Below, piece after piece: positions 1-10,200 of a DNA stretch of 64,000 nucleotides. Made by a program: the position numbers and the translations under genes. The stretch is taken from assembly GCA_976551045.1 (NCBI GenBank), contig CDPCPM010000091.1:1860001-1924000 (forward strand), read 5' to 3'. The first letter of the stretch is position 1. Every line of letters starts with the position of its first letter. This DNA is from Glaucostegus cemiculus. Lineage: Eukaryota. The notes below the pieces were generated by a model that saw only the letters and a list, made by a program, of their open reading frames with translations, ran no database searches and had not been told where the DNA came from.

Positions 1-37
1 AGTCGATGTTTTGGGTCAAAACCCTTCATCAGGACTG
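1..37 (-). ncRNA. Degenerate minimal type-I hammerhead ribozyme motif in PLE
   Basis: CAGTC-CTGATGA-A-GGGT/TTTG/ACCC-AAAA-CATC-GACT. Stem I, the CUGAUGA core and stem II are present. GAAA is changed to AAAA and ACGTC to ACATC (CpG-type decay), so it is probably inactive. Confidence 0.6.
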
Positions 38-497
38 GAAAGGAAGAGGGCAGAAGCCGGAATAAAAAGGTTGGGGGAGGGGAGGAGCACACACAGGCAG
101 GTGGTGGGTGAGCCCAGGTGAGGGGGAAGGTGGGTGGGGGAGGGGGGTGATGAAAGGGAGTGACGTGAGAAGCTGAAGAGGTGACAGTTGTAAGAGGCAG
201 AGGGCTGAAGAAGAAGGAATCTGGTGGGAGAGGACAGTAGACCATGGAATAAAAGGGAAGGAGGTGGGGAAAAGGAGGGAGGTGATGGGCAGATCGTGAG
301 GGTGGGGGAGGGGAAAGAGAAGGGGTGAGCGGGCCACAGGAATGAGGGAAAACAAGGGAAAAAGGGTAAAGGGGGGAAACATAGAGGAGGGGTTACTGGA
401 AGTTAGATAAATCACCATTGATGCCATCAGGTTGGACGCTACCAAGGCGGAATATGAGATGTTGCTCCTCCAACCTGTGCCTGGCCTCAATGTGGCC
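1..497 (-). mobile_element. Penelope-like retroelement (PLE) 3' fragment: GIY-YIG C-terminus, pyrimidine-rich 3' UTR and hammerhead-like motif; runs off the window edge
   Basis: Minus strand ~495-393 translates to HIEARHRLEEQHLIFRLGSVQPDGINGDLSNFQ*, typical of the PLE endonuclease C-terminus. A C/T-rich UTR follows, ending in CAGTCCTGATGAAGGGTTTTGACCCAAAACATCGACT. Confidence 0.85.
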
Positions 498-547
498 TCA
501 TGACCTGCCCTTCACCTCCTTCCTATTCCTCACATCCTTCCCATTAT
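496..547 (+). mobile_element. PLE 3' UTR, left part (inverted partner of 1-497), interrupted by CR1
   Basis: CTCATGACCTGCCCTTCACCTCC...CATCCTTCCCATTAT resembles the reverse complement of ~250-300 and continues seamlessly at 3675. Confidence 0.7.
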
Positions 548-639
548 AGAACATAGAACATAGAACATAGATACCTACTGCACAATTCAGGCCCTTCGGC
601 CCACAAAGCTGTGCCGAACATGTCCCCACACTATTAGGC

Positions 640-3430
640 TTACCCATAACCTTCTATCTTATTTACCTCCATGTACCTATCCAACAGTCTCTTGAAAGAC
701 CCTAACGTATCCGCCTCCATCACCATCTCCGGCAGCCCATTCCACGCACTCGCCACTCTCTGAGTAAAAAACTTACCCCTGACATCTCCTCTATATCTAC
801 TCCCCAGCACCTTAAACCTATGTCCTCTTGTGGCCACCATTTCAGCCCTGAGGAAAAGCCTCCGACTATCTATGCTATCCATACCTCTCATCATCTTATA
901 TACCTCAATCAGGTCCCCCCTCATCCTCCTCCTCTCCAAGGAGAAAAGGCCCGAGTTCCCGCAGCCTGCTCTCATAAGGCATGCTCCTCATGCCAGGCAG
1001 CATCCTTGTAAACCTCCTCTGCACCCTCTCTATAGCTTCCACATCCTTCCTGTAGTGAGGCGACCAGAACTGAACACAATACTCCAGGTGGGGTCTGACC
1101 AGGGACCTATACAACTGAAGCATTACCTCCCTACTCCTAAATTCAATCCCTCGACCGATGAAGGACAATACACCATACGCCTTCCTAACCACAGAGTCAA
1201 CCTGCGCAGCCGCCTTGAGCGTCCTATGGACTCGGACCCCAAGATCCCTCTGATCCTCCACACTGCCAAGAGTCTTACCATTAATTCTATATTCCGCCAA
1301 CCTATTCGACCTACCAAAATGAACCACTTCACATTTATCCGGGTTGAACTGCATCTGCCATTTCTCAGCCCAACTCTGCATCCTATCTATGTCCCTCTGT
1401 AGCCTCTGACAGCCCTCCAAACTATGCACAACTCCCCCAACCTTCATGTCGTCAGCAAACTTACTAACCCACCCCTCCACTTCCTCATCCAGGTCATTTA
1501 TAAAGATGACAAACAGCAAGGGTCCCAGCACAGATCCCTGAGGTACACCGGAGGTCACTGACCTCCACTCAGAATATGACCCTTCCACAACCACTCTTTG
1601 CCTTCTGTGGGCCAGCCAATTCTGAATCCACACCACAATGTCCCCCTGGATCCCGTATCTCCTCACCTTCTCCATAAGCCTCGCATGGGGCACCTTATCA
1701 AACACCTTGCTAAAATCCATATACACTACATCTACCGATCTCCCTTCATCAACATTCTTGGTCACTTCTTCAAAAAATTCTATAAGACTCGTCAGACAGG
1801 ACCTGCCCTTGACAACACCATGCTGACTATTTCTAATCATGCCATACCTCTCCAAGTGTTCATAAATCCTGCCTCTCAGGATCCTCTCCAGCGGCTTACC
1901 CACCACTGAGGTAAGACTCACCGGTCTATAATTCCCCGGGCTATCCCTATTCCCCTTCTTGAATAACGGCACAACATCCGCAACCCTCCAATCTACCGGA
2001 ACCTCTCCCGTCTCCATCGACGACGCAAAGATCATCGTCAGAGGCTCCGCAATCTCCTCCCTCGCCTCCCACAGCAACCTGGGATACATCTCGTCCGGCC
2101 CCAGTGACTTATCTAACTTAATACTCTCCAAAAGTTTCAGCACCTCCTCCTTTCTAATTTCCACCTGCTCAATCCTTTCTGGCTGCTGCAAGCCCCCACT
2201 ACAATCCCCTAGATCCTTCTCCGTAGTGAATACCAAAGTATTCATTTAACACCTCCGCTATTTCTTCCAAATCCATACACACTTTCCCGCTTCCACTCTT
2301 GATAGGCCCTATCCTTTCCCATCTCATCCCCTTACTCTTCACATACCTGTAGAACGCCTTGGAGTTTTCCTTAATCCTACCCGCCAAGGCCTTGTCATGT
2401 CCCCTTCTGGCTCTCCTAATCTCTTTCTTAAATTCCTTCCTATTAGCCCTGTAATCTTCCAGATCACTAACATTACCTAGCTCCCTGTACCTTTTGTGTG
2501 CTTTTCTTTTCTCCTTAACTAGCTTTATGATAGCCTCCGTGCACCATGGTTCCCTCATCCTCTCACGACTTCCCTGTCTCAATGGAACATGTCTGTGAAG
2601 AGCTCCACCCAAATACCCCCTGAATATCTGCCACATATCTTCTGTACTTTTCCCGGCAAACATCTGCTCCCAATTTAATCTTCCAATTTCTTTGCCTGAG
2701 GCCCTCATAATTCCCTCTACTCCAATTATACACTTTTCTAGTGTGTCTGTTCCTATCCCTCTCCATTGCCAACATAAAGGAGATAGAATTATGGTCACTA
2801 TCACCAAAATGTTCTCCCACCGAGAGATCTGACACGTGACCAGGTTCATTACCCAGTATCAAATCCAGCACAGCCTCTCCTCTGGTAGGACTATCCACAT
2901 ACTGTGTCAAGAACCCTTCCTGAGCACACCTAACAAACTCCAGCCCATCTAAACCCCCCACCGTCTGGAGACGCAAGTCAACATTTGGGAAATTAAAATC
3001 CCCCATCACCACAACTCTGTTATTCTCACATTTTTCTGGGATCTGCTTCCCTATCCACTCCTCAATAACCCTGTCACTATCGGGTGGCCTATAAAAAACA
3101 CCCAGTAACATTACGGACCCTTTCCTGTTCTTAACCTCCACCCACAGGGACTCCGTAGACAATCCCTCCACAGCTTCCACCTTTTCTGTAGCCGTAACAC
3201 TCTCTCTGATCAACAGTGCCACTCCATCTCCTCTCTTGCCCCCCTGCCTGTCCTTCCTGAAGCATCTAAACCCTGGCACCTGAATCAACCATTCCAGCCC
3301 CGGTGTCAACCAATTCTCAGTAATGGCCACCACATCATATCTTCAAGTATCAATCCAAGCTCTGAGCTCATCTGCCTTGTTAACAATACTCCTCGCATTA
3401 AAATAGAGACATCTCAAACTCGTCTGAACA
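640..3430 (-). pseudogene. CR1 ORF2 (AP endonuclease + reverse transcriptase), one premature stop and three frameshifts
   Basis: Consecutive ORF pieces 3343-3537 (YFNARSIVNK), 2563-3333 (VAITENW, GVFYRPP, MGDFNFP, DSDH), 2199-2849, 905-2245 (NYRPVSLTS, GVPQGSVLGPLLF, SKFADD) and 640-975 (RGDLIEVYK, TRGH, WNGLP). Confidence 0.95.
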
Positions 3431-3539
3431 TTTCCCTTCTCTAGCACCTGCCTACGATACTTACTCCCAGCCTCCACTAACCGAGAGCCTACCACCTCTT
3501 CCCTGACCACTCCAGCACAAATCCCACCCCCCAGCACTT

Positions 3540-3668
3540 CTAGTTTAAACTCTCCCCAGTAGCCTTAGCAAACCTCCCGGCCAGTATGTTAGTGCCCCTG
3601 GGGTTCAAATGCAACCCGTCCTCTTTGAAAAGGTCATACCTGCCCCAAAAGAGGTCCCAATGATCCGG
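3540..3668 (-). pseudogene. CR1 ORF1 C-terminal fragment (SGNH/GDSL esterase-like domain)
   Basis: Translates to PDHWDLFWGRYDLFKEDGLHLNPRGTNILAGRFAKATGESLN*. DGLHLN is the SGNH block V motif found in CR1 ORF1. Confidence 0.85.
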
Positions 3669-3669
3669 A

Positions 3670-3980
3670 ATTATCCTATGATCTACTGTCCTCTCCTACC
3701 AGATTCCCTCTTTTTCAGCCCTCTGCCCTTTTCACCTATCACCTTATATCATTCCCTTCAACCCCCCTCTCCCACCCACCTACCTTCTCCCTCTCACCTG
3801 GACTCACCTATGTCCTGTCAGCCTGTGCTTCTTCCCCTCCCCCCACCTTTTTATTCTGGCTTCTGCCCTCTTCCTTTCCAGTCTTGATGAAGGGCCTCCA
3901 TCTGAAACGTCGACTGTTTATTTCCCTCCCTTGATGCTGCCTGACCGGCTGAGTTCCTCCAGTGTTTTGTGTGTGTTGCT
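3670..3980 (+). mobile_element. PLE 3' UTR/terminal repeat, right part
   Basis: Inverted homolog of ~1-250 (CTACTGTCCTCTCC...CCTTTTTATTCTGGCTTCTGCCCTCTTCCTTTCCAGTC). Ends GATGCTGCCTGACCGGCTGAGTTCCTCCAGTGTTTTGTGTGTGTTGCT. Confidence 0.85.
3879..3916 (+). ncRNA. Minimal type-I hammerhead ribozyme motif (best-preserved copy, one core change)
   Basis: CAGTC-TTGATGA-AGGGCCTCCATCT-GAAA-CGTC-GACTG. Stem I is CAGTC/GACTG, the core is (C>U)UGAUGA...GAAA, stem III is the loopless palindrome ACGU, and the cleavage triplet is GUC. Confidence 0.65.
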
Positions 3981-4024
3981 GTGGTGCATTGAGTAGTGTT
4001 TGAGACTGGTGCTGCATTTGAAGT

Positions 4025-4870
4025 TGCATTCATTATCCTTGACCACTCGTGTGAGATCATCTTCAGGGACTGCATCCAGGGTTCTCAGGGTGAAGGTCCT
4101 GGCCACCACAGTAAACTTCTACTACCTGTTCAGTAAGAATAAGATTTCTTTATTAGTCACATGTACATCAAAACACACAGTGAAATGCATCTTTGACTGG
4201 AGTGTTCTGGGGGCAGCACACAAACGTCGCCACGTTTCCAGCGCCAACATAGCATGCCCACAACTTCCTAACCCGCACATCTTTAGAATGTGGGAGGAAA
4301 TCGCAGAACCCAGAGGAAACCCACGCAGACATAGGGAGAACATATAAATTCTCCCTAGTGGCTGGAATTGAACTGTGGCTGGAATTGAACTCGGGTAATA
4401 TCATTACGCTAACCGCTACAGCACATCTCTGGAGGGCCTCCTGTGCCCAAATTGATACAGGATATGTCTCAAGATTTTCTCTAAGGTCTCCAGTACAGCA
4501 ACTGAACCAGCTGTCTCCTGTGAGCTACTATTGCTGACAGTTTTCCACATCAATCTCTGTTGTAGAATGTCTGCCAACAGCTGTTGAAGCCCCAGTGTAC
4601 CTCCCCTTTAAGAGGAGCAGGCTGGGTTTAATGGGCTTTAATTAAGGCAGGTTGCCTTTAATTTGTACTAGTTCCTCACAATATTGGTCTCCCTGCTGAG
4701 GCATTCAGCCAATGACAAGTGCAGTTGGCAATGGCCACATCCATCAATGACAAAGCCTGATGTGCTGCCTGTATCAAGTGCAATGGATGCAGGCTGATCA
4801 CGCATTGTAATCCTTGCCTCCATTTCAAGGGCTCTCCAACTTAGCCCCACATAAATTTCTGCTAATGGTA
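4025..4870 (-). mobile_element. Degenerate PIF/Harbinger DNA transposon remnant (Myb/SANT-like gene), split by the SINE at 4140-4424
   Basis: Minus strand reads FSVAVLETL..ILYQFGHRRPSR before the SINE and VARTFTLRT/WMQ../DLTRVVK after it, matching the + strand remnant at 21700-21907. Confidence 0.55.
4140..4424 (-). mobile_element. tRNA-derived V-SINE with a Rex1/Babar-like 3' tail
   Basis: Minus strand has the head TGTAGCGGTTAGCG, B box AGTTCAATTCC, V-domain GTCTGCGTGGGTTTCCTCTGGGTTCTGCGATTTCCTCCCACATTCTAAAGA and tail CATTTCACTGTGTGTTTTGATGTACATGTGACTAATAAAG. Confidence 0.85.
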
Positions 4871-5084
4871 TCGGTGGCACAAAATACACCTGATACTGCC
4901 AGTTCTGGTTCGATATATTCTTGGAAATTTTATTACATAGCCATCTGCCCCCAACCAACCTGTCCTTGTCATTAGCAATTACATGTCCATCATCATAGTG
5001 TACAGCTTTCTTATATCAATTAGGAAACAAACAGATTCTTTTTTTTATGAGATTGAATCTCTGCCTGTCAGTTTCATAACAAAG

Positions 5085-5900
5085 TTAGAATATTGCATCC
5101 AGCGTTCACAGTGTGATCTCGTCTACATTGGAGAGTCAAATGCAGATTGGGTGACTGCATTCAGGGGCAGCTCAGAGCTCCCTGTCATCAGCCACTAATT
5201 CTCCACCTCACCAGCACTCTGATCTATCTGTCTGTGGCCTCCTGCACTGTTTTAAAGAGGCTTAACACAAGTTTGAGGAAGAACACCTCATGTTCCATCT
5301 GGGCAAGTAGGACTGGACTCAATATCAACTTCTACAGCATCAGATAACTCACATACTGTATGTGTATCAGAACTGCCATTTCTATTGTAAACCATCCATT
5401 TGTGATTTCAACTCACTTTTTCTCTCTCCATTAGTAACACCTGATCTTTCAGGCACGTTCTGCAGCACTGGATTTCATAATTTATTATGTTCCTTTGTTT
5501 GTATTCTCCCTCTTTAACTGGCCTCATTTGATAACTTTCGTTCATTTTTCTTTCTAACTTCTCCCTTTAACCCATTGACCAGATAACCTCTACACCTGTC
5601 CCCACGGGAACTCTGACCTCATCTATCAGTGATAGTCCTTTTGTCCTTTTCATCCCTTACTGGTTTCCCTGGAACTTAAAACTGACTTAATACAACACAC
5701 ACAAAACGCTGAAGGAACTCAGCGGGTCAGGCAGCATTTATGGAGGGAAATGAACAGTCAACGTTTCAGGCCGAGACCCGACGCTTGATACATCTCTTTC
5801 TCAGTTATGACAAAGAGTCACAAACCTGAAATGTTAACTCTGTTTCTCTTTCCACAGGGGCTGCCTAACCTGCTGAGTGTTTCCAGCATTTTTTATTTTT
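5085..5900 (+). mobile_element. Old PLE fragment (GIY-YIG endonuclease remnant, UTR, degenerate terminal motif)
   Basis: YCIQRSQCDLVYIGES, ELPVISH, DLSVCGLLHC, KFEEEHLMFHLG and GLNINFYSIR* read across frameshifts. Terminal motif at 5800-5900. Confidence 0.8.
5693..5780 (-). mobile_element. Short, younger PLE 3' end in inverted orientation inside the older PLE UTR
   Basis: Minus strand GGGTCTCGGCCTGAAACGTTGACTGTTCATTTCCCTCCATAAATGCTGCCTGACCCGCTGAGTTCC...GTGTGTGTTG is close to 3892-3980. Confidence 0.8.
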
Positions 5901-5924
5901 ATAACATTTACTATCAGATTGCTT

Positions 5925-6030
5925 AATATGGCAACTTGCTGTGTTCAAATTGTTTCCTACATTACACCAATGATTGTACTTCAAATTGGCTTTAACGTGC
6001 TTTGGAACATCCTGAAATGCATGATATAAA
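5925..6030 (+). mobile_element. LF-SINE-like 3' fragment
   Basis: CTTGCTGTGTTCAAATTG...TTTCCTACATTACA...CTTCAAA..TTGGC...GTGCTTTGGAACATCCTGA, similar to the 3' part of 16721-17115. Confidence 0.6.
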
Positions 6031-6044
6031 CTCTCATGAAAATC

Positions 6045-6200
6045 AAAGAAAACAACTCAGATGCTGAAAATCTGAGGCATGAACAGAAAATGCTTGAACA
6101 TACTGACAAAGGTTGCAGACCCGAAAAGTTGACTGTTTCTCTTGCCACAGATGCTGTTTGACCTGCTGAGCTTTTCCTGCATTTTCTGTTTTTGTTTTAA
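6045..6200. mobile_element. Fold-back pair of PLE 3' ends
   Basis: CAGATGCTGAAAATCTGA..AACAGAAAATGC (minus copy) is followed by CTGACAAAGGTTGCAGACCCGAAAAGTTGACTG...GCATTTTCTGTT (plus copy). Confidence 0.7.
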
Positions 6201-9200
6201 ATACAATTTCTACTCTTTTTTTCATCAATATTTTTGTAACTAATCAGTAATATTAAAGTGAAATTTAAAACAATTCTTCTTGAAGCCTCTGATTTTCTCT
6301 TTGTTTACTTACAGCAGTCTCCTGGAGATTAACCTTCAGTAGTTCGAGATTCCAAGTCAGTCCTAGAGGATCATCTGTACTAAATACACTAACAAGCAGA
6401 ACTCATCAAATCTACCTTAAAACTTAGGTATCTTTGCTCGTTGTAATACAAAGTAAATTCTGTTTATATGGCTTGCCTTAAGGTACCATACAGACTAACA
6501 AGAGAAATGCATTGAATAGTGAAGTTCACCCATGCTTGTATTGTCTGTCTTAGATCAAACTATTCACATAGCCCATAGTTAAAGGTTTCTCTACAGCCAT
6601 AATGTACAAAACATTCTCACTCTGAAAACTTAACTGGTTTGTTTGGGCTTTCTTAATCCACTGAAAATATATTAGCATGAGGTATATGAAAATACATATA
6701 AACACAAAGTACGACATAAACATGTGAAACAGTAGCTGCCTTGCAAACAAGGCCAAGAACTTAACTTTTTTGTAGAATGCAAGACAGATTTTTTTTAATG
6801 TACTCAGATTTACAACTGTGAGCCTCTAATATAAAACACCATAATGCATCTGGTATTTTAATCGGGTTGTCTTCCTTTAGGAATGATGGAATCTAAATGG
6901 TTTTACCTGGTTTACATTATATATTAAATAAATGAACCCAGATGTTTTATTACCAGTGGATAAATGTTTTCTCATGGTTTCAATATCATCGTCTCAGAAG
7001 GATGCAGCTGTTCTTCAGCTGGACGGTCTTGTCAACCACTTCCCTGCTCTAGCTCCAAACATATCAATCAAAATTTGAAATATTTGACTTCATCTTGTAG
7101 TTATATACTTAAAGATGTGCAAGATCAGCTAACGTTTGAAAACCACTTCCCAAGACTTCTCATTTACCTTTTAAAAGGCACAGTGTAAAGGTCCATGATT
7201 TTTAGATATTATTTTCATTCACATTGTGATCATGACACTACTTCTTTAAAGGTTTAGGTTTACAAAAAACAGTAAGCCTCCCATTAGATGGCCCATATTC
7301 TGGCAATGGTAGAATTCAAACCCTTAGAAAAGCTAGCACGTTAATTCACTATCTATGAGTGCTCTGGTACGTTGCCACAGGATTTAGGTGTGCAAACTTT
7401 GTGTTTTTAGATCTTACAGGGTTTTGTTTCTAGAGATGCTCTAACAATTCAAATGGAATATGTATTTGCTTTTGATGTAATGTCTAAATAAAGAGGATTT
7501 GAATTTGCACATCAGCTCTTTGAAAGGCGCAACATCTGACTGCTTGATCACTTACCATTCGAAGAACCAGTGCTGACTATAAAGCAAGCCCTAGCTATCT
7601 TATTACTTTTGTAGCCTGATGTCAACGTTCATACATGTTTGATTTTGCTCACTGCTAAGTATTCTTGGAATTAAACCATCTAATGATTAGAAGTTTATTT
7701 GACCAAATGATACAGCCAGACATCATGACTTATCCACATGCCTCCATTTTGGTGCCAGTTTGTGTTCTGGTAGTTCAAAGAAACAACATGAAATGACTAT
7801 GTAGCCCAGCCCAGTCCAAGTGTGGACGATCGAGATAAATTGGACCAGAACTGAGCTATTGACTCGACAACATTCTCCTGGCTTTTATTTGATTAAGTAT
7901 GGGTAAAGCCAGTTCCTGCTGAAAAGGAATTAACAAAATTGAGACAGCCCTTTAGGATCTCAAACCAGATGTGTGCATTGAGACATTGCTGAGAAGTGAT
8001 GTATGCACACAGTCTTTGTAAGATGTCAGATTTATATTTTAATATATCCAGCCAACTAACTGAAGTGTGTCCTTACTCCATTATAAACATCCATTGTAAA
8101 GTTTCATTAATTTGTCACCCAGCTGAAGACTGCATTGTGAGCAATATCAGTCAGGAATGCAGAAAGCACTCATTTTATATAGGTCAAGTTAAATGTCTAA
8201 TACAAAGGCGTAATACTTGCTTTATCCATTATCTAATCAGTCCATTTGCTTCAGTGTGGTTTCATGCTAAACTGTTTTTGCTATAACACTTAATACGTGT
8301 TCAGTCAAAAGGTCCACATTCTTATTTACATAGGCACAAAAACAAAGCATACACAGATCATTAAATGCCATTATAAAATAAGCCTTTTTTTCCTCTTGCA
8401 TTGAAACTAATTCTACCCTGAACAGCCTTTTCATGCATCAATTTTCAGTTTAGCATAAGCTAATCAGTGCCGATCACTGCAGTATGACACTTATTTAAAT
8501 TGACTAAATGTTAATTGAAATTTTAACTACAATAATTGGTTAATTACTTACCTACTTTGTCTGCTGCTCTAATCTGCAGGCTGTTTAAATTCAGATCCCA
8601 CATGAATACTCTAAAATCCTCAATGATCAGCAGTTTGGCACCTTCCTCAACTCAGCCAGAGCCTGTAGCGCCACGGCAAACAGATAGTAACAGAGGATTT
8701 TACACCTCTAACTTTCCTGCCTTTCCTGTTTGTTTAATCCTATCTTCTCAACATGTTTCATTGTCTTCTATGTTTGGAAGAATGCACCTTTTCCCAGCTA
8801 ACTCTAAAGACGACTGTCAGTATTGTACCTAAGTAGATGAGAATGAGACGAGAAGAGCAAAGGTAAAAAGAGTGGCATCCCAAATAAAAACCCAAGAGTG
8901 AAAAAGCACAGAGCAATATTCACTGGTTGAGGTTTCTTTCTCCCTGTCTAAGTTGGTTACTTTCTCACTCAGGGCTTCCTGAACTGTCTGGCTCAAAGGT
9001 TGAGGAGAAAGTTATCCCCATGTCTCCAGAAAGAGATGATAATGTTAGAACTACTGAGGATGCATCTGCAGAAGTGGTGGAAAATGGGTCTGAAAGGTTC
9101 AAACCCAAAACATTAACTAACAGAAAGCCGAAGTATTTAAGAGCAAACAGATAATTCTGGACCACAAGATGCCTTATTCGGATCAACAAAGAGAATGTCA

Positions 9201-9224
9201 GGTTAAACTTTCATTTTTAAGACC

Positions 9225-9350
9225 ATTTCTGATGAGGGGCCGTGCTCCCAAACCCTTAATCTGTCTGTTCATTTCACTGATGTAGCCTGACTTGCAAAAT
9301 GATTCCAGTATTTACTATTTCAGCCTCAGATTTCCAGTGGGATTTTTGTT
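9225..9350 (+). mobile_element. Degenerate PLE 3' end with hammerhead-like core
   Basis: TTCTGATGAGGGGCCGTGCTCCCAAAC...GATGTAGCCTGACTTGC...TTCCAGTATTT...CAGATTTCCAG. Confidence 0.6.
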
Positions 9351-10019
9351 TCATTTCATTAAACAGAATCTCTTTGAGCAGGGAATAGTTCGATGTTTGC
9401 TTGCTGCAGTACACTGAACCACTTAAAGTTAGGGCTCCTATTTGTATCTGTTATTGCTGGTAATTTCTTTCAATCATATCATGCTGATGAAGTACCAAGT
9501 ACAGCACGGATACCGGAATACAGGCTAGGTAGTTTTGAATCTAAGGCTTTTCTAGACATGAAAAGCTGACTCAAGAACAATGCTGGCAAACACCCAGGTG
9601 ATAGCTACTTGCCATCCAGGTTGGCAAAGGATATAGTGTGTAAAGAAACCTGATGGAGAAAGCAAAACACAAATTGAAGGGGGAGGAGGAACTCTTAACT
9701 GAACGTCAACTTGATGTTTGGAAAAGAAAAGATATCCCAAGATATTCTTTTAATAAAAAGGTATTAACGTTATACTTGAAGCTCCTTCCTTAGATAACAC
9801 AATTACCCAATTGCATTTATAAATCTGTTTCTGGGGACAACGATGGGAGAGCCTGTACTGAGATCAGTCAAGCAATGAGAAAGCAGTCTTCTTAAGTTGC
9901 TTCAGCAAACTTTCAGTGTTACCATAATAGGCAATGGATTTAAAGTCAAAGTAGCCTACGAATCCTTATTTTGTCATTAAATTATACAATATTAATAAGA
10001 AAATGTTTCCATTCTGCCT

Positions 10020-10200
10020 CAGATTATGTGGCCAATTACCGCCATCTATGTTTGTGCAGTTTAAGAATAAGCTTGATGTTAATATATATTCAGTCCGCAC
10101 ATTACGACAGTGAGCATGGTTTGACAAATATTTCATTGGCTGTAAAATGCTTCAGGGCATGTGATGCTGTCAACGGCGGTAGATAAGTGCATCTCTTTCT
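10020..10200 (+). mobile_element. LF-SINE-like 3' fragment
   Basis: CAGATTATGTGGCCAATT...ACATTACGACAGTGA...TTCATTGGCTGTAAAATGCTT...GATAAGTGCATCTCTTT. Confidence 0.55.

Larger units (their letters stand above)
548..3669 (-). mobile_element. CR1 LINE, 5'-truncated within ORF1, with essentially complete but disrupted ORF2
   Basis: 3' tail (TTCTATG)3 at 548-571, APE endonuclease and RT motifs, and an SGNH esterase ORF1 end. Flanked by ATTAT at 543-547 and 3670-3674 (candidate TSD). Confidence 0.96.

Noticed and set aside
29-490. 153-aa Pro/Leu/Ser-rich ORF (and its counterpart 3609-3887)
   Set aside because: Off-frame translation of the pyrimidine-rich PLE UTR, which is poor in stop codons.
820-2249. 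Plus-strand ORFs 820-1011, 830-1402, 1598-1909, 1638-1826 and 1959-2249
   Set aside because: Antisense shadows of CR1 ORF2. The same peptides recur opposite CR1 copy 2.
6310-6760. Possible small exons (minus-strand donor GTAAGT near 6310; acceptor near 6660)
   Set aside because: Weak partner splice sites, unrecognisable peptides and no consistent gene model.
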